A DNA stretch of 64,000 bases from Eledone cirrhosa (lineage: Eukaryota): assembly GCA_964016885.1 (NCBI GenBank), contig OZ024760.1:10478001-10542000 (forward strand). The letters run 5' to 3'. Numbering within the stretch: the first letter of the stretch is position 1; every line of letters begins with the position of its first letter. Positions 52,801-61,586 of this stretch are shown here, piece after piece. The notes below the pieces were generated by a model. The model saw nothing but the letters and a program-made list of their open reading frames with translations. It made no database searches and had not been told where the DNA came from. Both the position numbers and the translations under genes were made by a program.

Positions 52801-55783
52801 TTAACAGTGAGAAATGGTGGCATCGTCGATTACTTCCCCCTGCCTTTGCAGAAGCTAGGCATGTGACGTTAGTCACTACTTTAAAATTCATAGTGAAAAG
52901 CCTTCAAAATGTTTTAAAATAAACAATATTGTTAAATATGCAACAAAATACACCCCCACCCCCTCCACACCGCCCCTTTCAATGTAAAGTTATGTTGGTG
53001 CCACAAAATCCAGGCCGAAACAAATGAGATCGTGTAGGTGTCACGACAAAAAAAAACACACAGTCCACGCTGTAATGTGACCGTGTAGGCAACACGGTAA
53101 AAACCTCCCAGTCCCACACTGTAAATGTGGTTGGTGTTAGGAAGGGCATCCAACTGTAGAAAACCTGCCAGACAGTCCACGCTGTAATGTGGCCGTGTAG
53201 GCAACACGGTAAAAACCTCCCAGTCCCACACTGTAAATGTGGTTGGTGTTAGGAAGGGCATCCAGCTGTAGAAAACCTGCCAGACAGTCCACGCTGTAAT
53301 GTGGCCGTGTAGGCAACACGGTAAAAACCTCCCAGTCCCACACTGTAAATGTGGTTGGTGTTAGGAAGGGCATCCAGCTGTAGAAAACCTGCCAGACAGT
53401 CCACGCTGTAATGTGGCCGTGTAGGCAACACGGTAAAAACCTCCCAGTCCCACACTGTAAATGTGGTTGGTGTTAGGAAGGGCATCCAGCTGTAGAAAAC
53501 CCGCCAGACAGTCCACGCTGTAATGTGGCCGTGTAGGCAACACGGTAAAAACCTCCCAGTCCCACACTGTAAATGTGGTTGGTGTTAGGAAGGGCATCCA
53601 GCTGTAGAAAACCTGCCAGACAGTCCACGCTGTAATGTGGCCGTGTAGGCAACACGGTAAAAACCTCCCAGTCCCACACTGTAAATGTGGTTGGTGTTAG
53701 GAAGGGCATCCAGCTGTAGAAAACCTGCCAGACAGTCCACGCTGTAATGTGGCCGTGTAGGCAACACGGTAAAAACCTCCCAGTCCCACACTGTAAATGT
53801 GGTTGGTGTTAGGAAGGGCATCCAGCTGTAGAAAACCTGCCAGACAGTCCACGCTGTAATGTGGCCGTGTAGGCAACACGGTAAAAACCTCCCAGTCCCA
53901 CACTGTAAATGTGGTTGGTGTTAGGAAGGGCATCCAGCTGTAGAAAACCTGCCAGACAGTCCACGCTGTAATGTGGCCGTGTAGGCAACACGGTGAAAAC
54001 CTCCCAGTCCCACACTGTAAATGTGGTTGGTGTTAGGAAGGGCATCCAGCTGTAGAAAACCTGCCAGACAGTCCACGCTGTAATGTGGCCGTGTAGGCAA
54101 CACGGTAAAAACCTCCCAGTTCCACACTGTAAATGTGGTTGGTGTTAGGAAGGGCATCCAACTGTAGAAAACCCGCCAGACAGTCCTATGCGAGCAAGAC
54201 AACCACTCTTGCCTCAAGTGGGAAAACTCCCGTCCAAACCCATGCAAGCATGGAACACGGACGTTAAACGATGATGATGATGATGATGCAATACGTACAT
54301 TCATATGTCTATCGCTATTTCAGGGGTGCGATGTGATAATGACTCCTTCTCTTACAGGACAGACAACAATGAAGTCCTACTTACTTTAATATACCATCGG
54401 AAGTCATCACCTTCAGTACAAATATTGGTTATGTTTTCTAGAGTTGCTTTAAACTGAAGTGCTATTTTCTACAAAGAAATGTAATATATATACATATATA
54501 TATAAGAAATAATATATACATACACACATATTTTTCTCAAAAGACTTTGTTTTCCATAACTTCCTTTTCTCACTCTCTATATTTCTATTTCATCTTAGAT
54601 TTTTCATTCTATCTTCTGATGAAAGACTAGTATCTGAAACGTAGAGGCTCTTTGCCTACTATATCAAGTATTAAACTAATATATTTCTTCATTGTACTGT
54701 TATTTGCTTTGTTGTTTCAGTTTACTTTTTGCATGCATACATACATAATGGCTGCCCCCTCGTTATTGAGTGTGGCCATTGCATGATAATAAAAAAAAAA
54801 CACACATATATATTAATAAATAATTGTTTCTACTTTAGGCACAAGGCCAGCAATTACCCAGTACATTACTGGTACTTTATTTTATCGACCCCGTAAGGAT
54901 GAAAGGCAAAGTTAACCTCGGCGGGATTTGAACTCAGATCGTAAAGGGACGTAACTATGCTAGAAAGCATGGCGTCCGACCCTCTACTCATACTTCCGAT
55001 TCAATGGTGCTGCAATTGAACATGGCTTTTTAGCCCAGCCAATGATCTAAAATGTCTTGCACAGAGTTGGCAACCAAAACATTCACTGGGAATAGCCAGC
55101 TGTGGTTGGACTTCATGTACTTTTGCATGTCGTTTGAGCCCTCCTGCTGATTTACATTCTCTACCACATGCTTGGCAGGCATGATGAGTAGCATCTCCAA
55201 CAGCAGCCTGGTAGTCAACCACTGGTCTCACTTTATGACTGCGAAGATGACTGTTGAGTTCAGCTTTGCTGAGGCAAAGTCTTGCCCAGACGTTGCATGT
55301 CAGCGCCATAGGAGGACCTTCGCCGTCTGGAAATGCAACAGCAATGCCTTTTCTCACATCCCTTTTTACTTTCTTGTGTGATTCGAGATGCTTCAAAAGC
55401 ATACATACATACGTAAATACTCTTTGGTCCTAAATAATAAAGGGGGGAATAAACGAGAGCGGGTTGGATATATGTAAAACAATCATAACAAATTATTTTC
55501 ATAGTCATACGTAAGGCAATCATAACAAACAGTAGTCATGGTCATACGTAAGAAATCATAACTACGAGACATAGTCATACGTAAAACAATCATAACAAAC
55601 AGTAGTCATAGTCATACGTAAGACAATCATAACAAACTGTAGAGTCATGGTCATACGTAAGACAATCATAACTACGAGACATAGTCATACGTAAGACAAT
55701 CATAACAAACAGTAGTCATGGTCATACGTAAGGCAATCATAAACTGAATGTTATACAATTAATCAAGCCAGCCTTACCCCCAT
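46536..55783 (-). CDS. CZIB: CXXC motif-containing zinc-binding protein (C1orf123/UPF0587), 160 aa; join(55783-55778, 54468-54385, 50867-50811, 50630-50549, 49743-49634, 48413-48348, 46613-46536)
   Basis: Seven exons with GT-AG boundaries and consistent phases give MGKIALQFKATLENITNICTEGDDFRWYIKVKCANCGETTDRFVYVCLEENCPIKGGRGSANLVLKCHLCSRENSISVIKESLSKYCIDNDNQFVSMVTFECRGIEPVDYQPTCGFIGESSESTTKFKDITFAEGDWTDYDENANVSVGIYDLLHRFVKA*. Two CXXC motifs plus family motifs GGRGSA, FECRG.EPVD and DWTDYDE. Confidence 0.95.
46858..47171 (+). mobile_element. tRNA-headed SINE with RTE-type tail and (GAT)n
   Basis: B-box-like gagttcaattcc; 3' half matches the RTE 3' UTR at 43740-43880; sister copies at 47414 and 47768. 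Confidence 0.85.
47238..47308 (+). pseudogene. Decayed tRNA-like sequence (tRNA pseudogene or SINE head; anticodon position TGG)
   Basis: Acceptor GACGTAT/GTATGTC, D stem GTGT/ACAC, T stem GTGGG/CCCAT. The anticodon stem and T loop (TTTGTAT) are mutated. Confidence 0.55.
47414..47757 (-). mobile_element. tRNA-headed SINE with RTE-type tail
   Basis: Reverse complement of the 46858-47171 family. Confidence 0.85.
47768..48112 (-). mobile_element. tRNA-headed SINE with RTE-type tail (tandem with the previous copy)
   Basis: Near-identical to 47414-47757. Confidence 0.85.
48348..48413 (-). CDS. CZIB: CZIB coding exon 6 (CGFIGES...FAEG)
   Basis: ttcacAG / GTaagt, 66 nt, phase 0-0. Confidence 0.9.
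48438..48663. mobile_element. Degenerate MITE with piggyBac-like ends
   Basis: Imperfect TIRs ttaactctttagcattta ... taaatgttaaagggtt; a similar end (tgctaaagggttaa) at 49195-49208. Confidence 0.5.
49391..49537 (+). mobile_element. tRNA-derived SINE, second family (gttcaaatcccgccgagg...ggggtcgataaaataaagta)
   Basis: A/B-box-like head; sister copies at 54820, 55885, 56243 and 58888. Confidence 0.8.
49634..49743 (-). CDS. CZIB: CZIB coding exon 5 (SVIKES...FECRGIEPVDYQPT)
   Basis: atttcAG / GTgagt, 110 nt, phase 1-0. Confidence 0.93.
49858..50523. repeat. Compound minisatellite of TGTC-anchored modules (gtgtcaatatg-ttgtcactaca / ttgtctgttaca)
   Basis: Direct inspection; fills most of CZIB intron 4. 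Confidence 0.9.
50549..50630 (-). CDS. CZIB: CZIB coding exon 4 (ENCPIKGGRGSANLVLKCHLCSRENSI)
   Basis: ttccAG / GTaagg, 82 nt, phase 0-1. Confidence 0.93.
50811..50867 (-). CDS. CZIB: CZIB coding exon 3 (VKCANCGETTDRFVYVCLE)
   Basis: tttcAG / GTaagt, 57 nt. Confidence 0.93.
51110..51985 (+). repeat. 48-bp minisatellite (~15 copies) continuing into an RTE/SINE tail with (GAT)n
   Basis: Unit aaaaacacccagtccacactgtaaagtggtcatgtaggtgtcacaaca; tail ggaagggcatccagc...gatgatgat at 51846-51985. Confidence 0.9.
52480..52943. repeat. Degenerate inverted repeat (~135-bp arms, ~190-bp spacer)
   Basis: cctagcttcagcaaa...ggaagtaatcgacggccaccatttctcact (to 52616) versus agtgagaaatggtggcatcgtcgattacttcc...tttgcagaagctagg (from 52806); the outer AT-rich parts also pair. 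Confidence 0.65.
52945..54287 (+). mobile_element. RTE 3'-UTR/SINE-like copy containing ten tandem 112-bp units (53062-54183) and a (GAT)n tail
   Basis: Units are nearly identical (repeated ORFs at 112-bp offset); colinear with 45722-46122. Confidence 0.92.
54385..54468 (-). CDS. CZIB: CZIB coding exon 2 (KIALQFKATLENITN...FRWYIK)
   Basis: tttgtAG / GTaagt, 84 nt. Confidence 0.93.
54612..54647 (+). ncRNA. Minimal hammerhead-like motif in CZIB intron 1 (antisense to CZIB)
   Basis: TCTT-CTGATGA(A)-AGA..TCT-GAAA-CG-TA-GAGG; palindromic ACGT stem III; weak, wobble-rich stems. Confidence 0.5.
54747..55400 (-). mobile_element. 3' remnant of an RTE-type LINE with tandem C2H2 fingers, interrupted by a SINE
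   Basis: ORF 55001-55402 contains CQACGRECKSAGGLKRHAKVH, CQLCARHFRSLAGLKSHVQLQH and one decayed finger; tail at 54747-54785 resembles 826-860; bounded by (ATAC)n. Confidence 0.6.
54820..54998 (-). mobile_element. tRNA-derived SINE, second family
   Basis: Reverse complement of 55885-56052. Confidence 0.8.
55474..55742. repeat. 33-38-bp minisatellite (gtcatacgtaagacaatcataac...) at the start of CZIB intron 1
   Basis: About 7-8 variant units. Confidence 0.85.
55778..55783 (-). CDS. CZIB: CZIB coding exon 1 (ATG GGG)
   Basis: attATGGGG|GTaagg supplies the MG that precedes KIALQ in the family. Confidence 0.75.
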
Positions 55784-55884
55784 AATGGATCGTGTATCTG
55801 TATTTGGTATTGTTGCAGCACCGATACGGTGTAACAGTCGTTTGTACACTTTGAATTTTATGTCCACGTGAAACACCTAAATTC

Positions 55885-56052
55885 GATGGTCGGACGCCAT
55901 GCTTTGACGCATAGAGTTACGGCCCTTTCCATTCTGGGTTCAAATCCCGCCGAGGTCAACTTTGCCTTTCATCCTTACGGGGTCGATAAAATAAAGTACC
56001 AGTAATGTACTGGGTATTTGCTGGCCTTGTGCCAAAAAGTAGAAACAATTAT
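55885..56052 (+). mobile_element. tRNA-derived SINE, second family, ~100 bp upstream of the CZIB ATG
   Basis: Similarity to sister copies. Confidence 0.8.
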
Positions 56053-56242
56053 TATAACTACATAGGTTATATTTTATTTTGTTTTATTTCATTAGCATCC
56101 CAAGTTATATAATTTATATTTACGTAAGAGATTAATCAAGGGAAAATAAACGCTTCAGAACATAATGTCGGTGTTCTTTGTAAATAATATTTGACGTAAG
56201 AAAGACAACAGACGGCATTGCCGAAAGTAGACCCAATTATTA

Positions 56243-56722
56243 CATAGAGTTATGGCCCTTTGTGTTCTGAGAAAAATCCCACCGAGGTTAACTTTGCCTT
56301 TCAGCCTTACGGGGTCGATAAAATAAAGTACCAGTAATGTAATATAATAATGAAATTATTGTGTACAGGGCTCTGGTGCACTACAACTCATCAAAGGTGC
56401 ATGTATAGTACATAGAATAATGTACAAATGTCAGGAAAATGAACAGTGTACGAGTCATGATATAATGATAATAATAATAATAATAATTAAATATTGTGTA
56501 CAGTGCTCAGGTGCACCACAACTCATCAAAAAGTGCATGTACAGTACATAGGGCAGTGCACAAACATCAGGAAAATGAACAGTGCACGAGTCATGATACA
56601 CACATGTGTGCATGTGTATGGAAGGGGTACATCAGGTGTAGTTTTGGCGTATTTCGGGAAGCATGAGTAGTGGATTAAGTACTGGATTAATTGCTGGCCT
56701 TGTGCCAAAAGTAGAAACAATT
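56243..56722 (+). mobile_element. SINE copy split by a nested insertion (56342-56676) that carries a ~107-bp direct duplication
   Basis: The SINE breaks at accagtaatgta and resumes at gtactgg..ttgctggccttgtgccaaaagtagaaacaatt (~56677); duplicated blocks at 56355-56462 and 56492-56597. Confidence 0.65.
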
Positions 56723-56874
56723 GTGGAGGTGATGGTGGGACTACGATGCTGGAATAATCAAGCATCCCCATGAGTAGTATCACATGATATTTCAGTAATG
56801 CCAGCCACTAACGATGACACAAATCACAGACTGAAGAAGAAACAAAAATCTTATTCCGAAATAAGGTTCGTTCG

Positions 56875-57050
56875 TGTGTGTGAGTGTGAGTGTGAGTGTG
56901 TGTGTGTGTGTATGTGTGCGTGTGTGTGTGCGTGCGTGTGTGTGTGTTTTGTTGTGTTTGTGTGTCTGAGTGTGTGCTCGCCGCATGTTAATGTATGTGT
57001 TTATGTGTTTATGTGTTGTGTGTGTGTATGTTCGCGGTATGTATGTATTT
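56875..57050. repeat. (GT)n-rich microsatellite
   Basis: Direct inspection. Confidence 0.85.
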
Positions 57051-57141
57051 ATGATTGTTTATATTCCTTAACCTAACAATTCAACAGAAAGAGATTAATA
57101 AAATAAGTACCAAACTTGAAAAAATAAGAACTGGGGTTGAT

Positions 57142-57310
57142 ATCTTCTTCTATACAGCCATTTCCAGAGCCATGACGTGGTACCTCCTGCTCCACCTCAC
57201 TCTGTGTAGTATTGCAGTCTTAATTTTTCCCTGCCTCCAGCCTGGTGTTATCTTCAAGAACATCCTTCATCGGTGTGGTTGGTCTCCCAACTCGTCAGCA
57301 CACATCAGGT
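57142..57310 (-). mobile_element. Possible decayed LINE C-terminus
   Basis: Minus strand reads RRVGRPTTPMKDVLEDNTRLEA then, in another frame, IKTAILHRVRW, resembling the RTE GRP...DR..W end. Confidence 0.4.
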
Positions 57311-57407
57311 TTCCCCAAAAAAGACTCAACCGTTGCTTAGAATAGTCTCATTTGGGGGGAGGGGTGATTGGAGACATCCACACCTTACTGTATTACCACA
57401 GTGATGG

Positions 57408-58660
57408 CAAGGCTGAAACAACCAAACTCACTCACAGGCATCACCTGACACCTTGATAGCGAGGCTAAGGTGCTGAAACAACCAAGTACACTCACAGGCA
57501 TCACCTGACACCTTGATAGCGACGCTAAGGTGCTGAAACAACCAAGCTCACTCACAGGCATCACCTGACACCTTGATAGCGAGGCTAAGGTGCTGAAACA
57601 ACCAAACTCACTCACAGGCATCACCTGACACCTTGATAGCGAGGCTAAGGTGCTGAAACAACCAAGTACACTCACAGGCATCACCTGACACCTTGATAGC
57701 GAGGCTAAGGTGCTGAAGCAACCAAGCTCACTCACAGGCATCAAGGCATCACCTGACATCTTGATAGCGAGGCTAAGGTGCTGAAACAACCAAACTTACT
57801 CACAGGCATCACCTGACACCTTGATAGCGAGGCTAAGGTGCTGAAACAACCAAGTACACTCACAGGCATCCTCTGACACCTTGATAGCGAGACTAAGGTG
57901 CTGAAACAACCAAGTACACTCACAGGCATCACCTGACACCTTGATAACGAGGCTAAGGTGCTGAAACAACCAAGTACACTCACAGGCATCCTCTGACACC
58001 TTGATAGCGAGGCTAAGGTGCTGAAACAACCAAGTTCACTCACAGGCATCACCTGACACCTTGATAGCGAGGCTAAGGTGCTGAAACAACCAAGCTCACT
58101 CACAGGCATCACCTGACACCTTGATAACGAGGCTAAGGTGCTGAAACAACCAAACTCACTCACAGGCATCCTCTGACACCTTGATAGCGAGACTAAGGTG
58201 CTGAAACAACCAAGTTCACTCACAGGCATCACCTGACACCTTGATAGCGAGGCTAAGGTGCTGAAACAACCAAGCTCACTCACAGGCATCACCTGACACC
58301 TTGATAGCGAGGCTAAGGTGCTGAAACAACCAAGCTCACTCACAGGCATCCTCTGACACCTTGATAGCGAGGCTAAGGTGCTGAAACAACCAAGTTCACT
58401 CACAGGCATAACCTGACACCTTGATAGCGAGGCTAAGGTGCTGAAACAACCAAGCTCACTCACAGGCATCCTCTGACACCTTGATAGCGAGGCTAAGGTG
58501 CTGAAACAACCAAGCACACTCACAGGCATCCTCTGACACCTTGATAGCGAGACTAAGGTGCTGAAACAACCAAGTACACTCACAGGCATCCTCTGACACC
58601 TTGATAGCGAGACTAAGGTGCTGAAACAACCAAGTACACTCACAGGCATCACCTGACACC
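57408..58660. repeat. 60-bp minisatellite (~21 copies)
   Basis: Unit gctgaaacaaccaagtacactcacaggcatcacctgacaccttgatagcgaggctaaggt; one short internal duplication (aggcatca) near 57736-57751. Confidence 0.95.
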
Positions 58661-58887
58661 TCTTGGTAAGGACAGTGTGGTATATATCACCACACTATAC
58701 CATCACTACCTCCAGTGGTATAAGCCAGGACAGTGGAGTATATATCACCACACTATACCATCACTACCTCCGATCTATCAGTTTGTGGTCTCATCTTTTG
58801 AAATAACAAAACACTATTGTTTAAATTAAACATTTTTATTATAAATATGGTTTTACTTGGTGAGTTGGTATTATCAGAACATTGGGT

Positions 58888-59152
58888 TGGTGGATTGGCA
58901 GTATTGGTGGATTGGCAGTATTGGTGGATTGGCAGTATTGGTGGATTGGCAGTATTGGTGGAGCATCGGCCAAAATACTTTGTGGCATGTAGTTACGTCC
59001 CTTTACATTGTGAGATTCAATTCCACCGACATTTGCTTTGCCTTTCATACTTATGGGGTCGGTAAAATGAAGTACCAGTACCGCATTAGAGACAATTTAA
59101 TCAACTTTACCCTCCCCCACAAAATTGCTGGCCTTGTGCCTAAAGTAGAAAC
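58888..59152 (+). mobile_element. tRNA-derived SINE whose 5' A-box region is quadruplicated (17-bp unit, 58891-58958)
   Basis: (tggattggcagtattgg)x4, then a SINE body similar to 55885-56052. Confidence 0.7.
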
Positions 59153-59171
59153 CATTATTATTATTATTATT

Positions 59172-59729
59172 GTTCTTTGAGTGTCAGTCATTGATGTTAG
59201 TTAACTGGAAAGTTTGTTGAGATGAATATCAAGCCGCTACCTGCAGCCTCAGATATTCAGGAGGTATCGGAGGGTTCTTGCTGTTACCAGCAAGCATGCC
59301 TTTTGCAGTGTTCCAAAAAGCGGGGCTGGACTAACTTTCTTTAACCATATCTTGGAGACTCTTTGAGATAGTCCCTAGTGCGCCTATGACAATCGGGACG
59401 ATTCTGACTTCATGGCAGTTCTAAATCCTTTTTACCTCCCACTTTAAGTCCTGGTATCGGTTAATTTTCTCCCTCTCCTTCTCTTGCACTCTCGTGTCGA
59501 ATGGGCAGGCCACATCCACAATCAGTCACGATCTTTTTTCCTTGTCCAAAGCCACCAGGTCAGGTCTATTGTGTTCCAGTTTCTTGTCCGTCTGTATCCT
59601 AAAATCCCACAGCACCTTCACCTGATCGTTTTCTATCACCGACTCTGGCTTATGCTCATACCACTTCTCAGAATGTGGTAAATTGTTTACTTTGCATAGG
59701 TGCCAGTGGATCACCCTGCCCATCACATC
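59172..59729 (-). mobile_element. 3' fragment of an RLE-type non-LTR retrotransposon (R4/Dong-like), decayed
   Basis: VIHWHLC...WYEHKPESVIEN..VKVLWDFRIQTD..LEHNRPDLV...IVDVACPFD...EKINRYQDL...VPIVIGALG; internal stops; flanked by (TTA)n on both sides. Confidence 0.85.
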
Positions 59730-59881
59730 ATTATTGTTATTATTATTAATTGTTTGTTTCTTTTGAAGTTAATTTTTTTTTTCAAAATAATAAAATCACC
59801 AATGAGGGGGAGGGGTGTCAGTGAGAGAGAGAGGTTTGAGGGAAATAGAGACAAGACAGAAAGATGGATAGATTGAAAGAT

Positions 59882-59907
59882 GTATATATATATATAGAGA
59901 GAGAGAG

Positions 59908-59973
<66 letters not shown>

Positions 59974-59991
59974 TATATATATATATATATA
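59882..59991. repeat. (TA)n-(GA)n-(TA)n microsatellite
   Basis: Direct inspection. Confidence 0.95.
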
Positions 59992-60149
59992 TTTAAAAAA
60001 TAACAGATTAAAGTTTAAGCAAAGAATCGCTGCTTTCACCCTTAATGGGATCTTCTGAAACTAACAAAGTCAATCTGTCAACGCGGAAGTGAATATTTCA
60101 AAAAACGTTGCCCTCTTTGGATTTTAGTCTTCAAATTTATTATTATTAT

Positions 60150-60200
<51 letters not shown>

Positions 60201-60401
60201 TATATGGGGGCATGGGGCAGGAAACTCAAGAACTGTTGCTCTGAACAATGGAAAATTTAGCCATGCCCAGTTGGGTGTACAACTGTTTGGACAATGGTCA
60301 GGTTGACAATGGACTGGGTAGAATAAAACAGCTGAAAAATGTCACAAAAAGCTGAAGTTATAGCTGCTGCAGAAAGATTGAAATGAAATCGAACACAAGT
60401 G

Positions 60402-61045
60402 AGCTGAGCCATAAAAACATACCTCTGGCCCTCAACTATCTGTTAGTCAGTGTCACCTTAGCTGAACAGTGAAAACATTCTTCTGGCCCTCAGCAGTCAG
60501 TTAGTCAGTGTCACCTTAGCTGAGCAGTGAAAACATTCTTCTGGCCCTCAGCAGTCAGTTAGTCAGTGTCACCTTAGCTGAGCAGTAAAAACACACCTCT
60601 GACCCTCAACTATCTGTTAGTCAGTGTCACCTTAGCTGAGCAGTGAAAACATTCTTCTGACCCTCAACTATCTGTTAGTCAGTGTCACCTTAGCTGAGCA
60701 GTAAAAACATTCTTCTGGCCCTCAGCAGTCAGTTAGTCAGTGTCACCTTAGCTGAGCAGTAAAAACATTCTTCTGACCCTCAACTATCAGTTAGTCAGTG
60801 TCACCTTAGCTGAGCAGTGAAAACATTCTTCTGACCCTCAACTATCTGTTAGTCAGTGTCACCTTAGCTGAACAGTGAAAACACACCTCTGGCCCTCAAC
60901 TATCTGTTAGTCAGTGTCACCTTAGCTGAGCAGTGAAAACATTCTTCTGGCCCTCAGCAGTCAGTTAGTCAGTGTCACCTTAGCTGAGCAGTAAAAACAC
61001 ACCTCTGGCCCTCAGCTGTCAGTTAGTCAGTATCACCTCAGCTGT
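60402..61045. repeat. 58-bp minisatellite (~11 copies), starting ~90 bp downstream of the guanylyl cyclase stop
   Basis: Unit ctggccctcagcagtcagttagtcagtgtcaccttagctgagcagtgaaaacattctt. Confidence 0.93.
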
Positions 61046-61134
61046 TTGGTAGTCAGTTTTTCCCAGATGTCCGAGCCAGTCCTAACACCCCCGTCCACTT
61101 ATTGCTATGCAACTGGAGTGCAGTTTTGGACAGA

Positions 61135-61506
61135 CTAGTTTGATGAAGATTCCACCATAGACATTTGATATCGTATCAGTGGTTTCCCAGTTGGTGATGG
61201 CAATGATGGCAATGACACGGGTTGCTCAGTGAGCTCCGATAAAGACGGAAGCAAGTTTAATCTCTCGCCACGGTCAACATCAACACCTTTCGTAAAAAAC
61301 ACATCATCTTCATCATCATCATCATGAACATCTGTAGATCCTTCACTTTGTTCACTCAACATCCGAATCAGTTTACTGCTTCTGTTGCTGCAGCTGTTAG
61401 TTAGTTTGATTCCATTGACCGTGTCATTTAGACATTTATTTAGTCTTTGTAGGCGCTGTGTCTGGTCTTCACCCACCAGGAAATATGTAAACATTTCCCC
61501 TTTACC
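61135..61506 (-). CDS. Guanylyl cyclase, terminal coding exon (GKGEMFTYFLVGED...MVESSSN*)
   Basis: tttttAG acceptor, phase 0; completes the KGKG.M.TY.L cyclase end motif; TAG at 61135-61137. Confidence 0.88.
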   Translation of the reverse strand, partial: GKGEMFTYFLVGEDQTQRLQRLNKCLNDTVNGIKLTNSCSNRSSKLIRMLSEQSEGSTDVHDDDDEDDVFFTKGVDVDRGERLNLLPSLSELTEQPVSLPSLPSPTGKPLIRYQMSMVESSSN

Positions 61507-61586
61507 CTAAAAAGACAGAAATACTATAATAGAGAAATATAGAGAAGAGAAAAGTAGAAAAGATTTGGAGGAAATGTGGAATCAAA

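Noticed and set aside
56826-56875. CTGAAGA...CGAAA motif before the (GT)n tract
   Set aside because: Stem II closing pair is mismatched and stems I/III cannot be formed convincingly.
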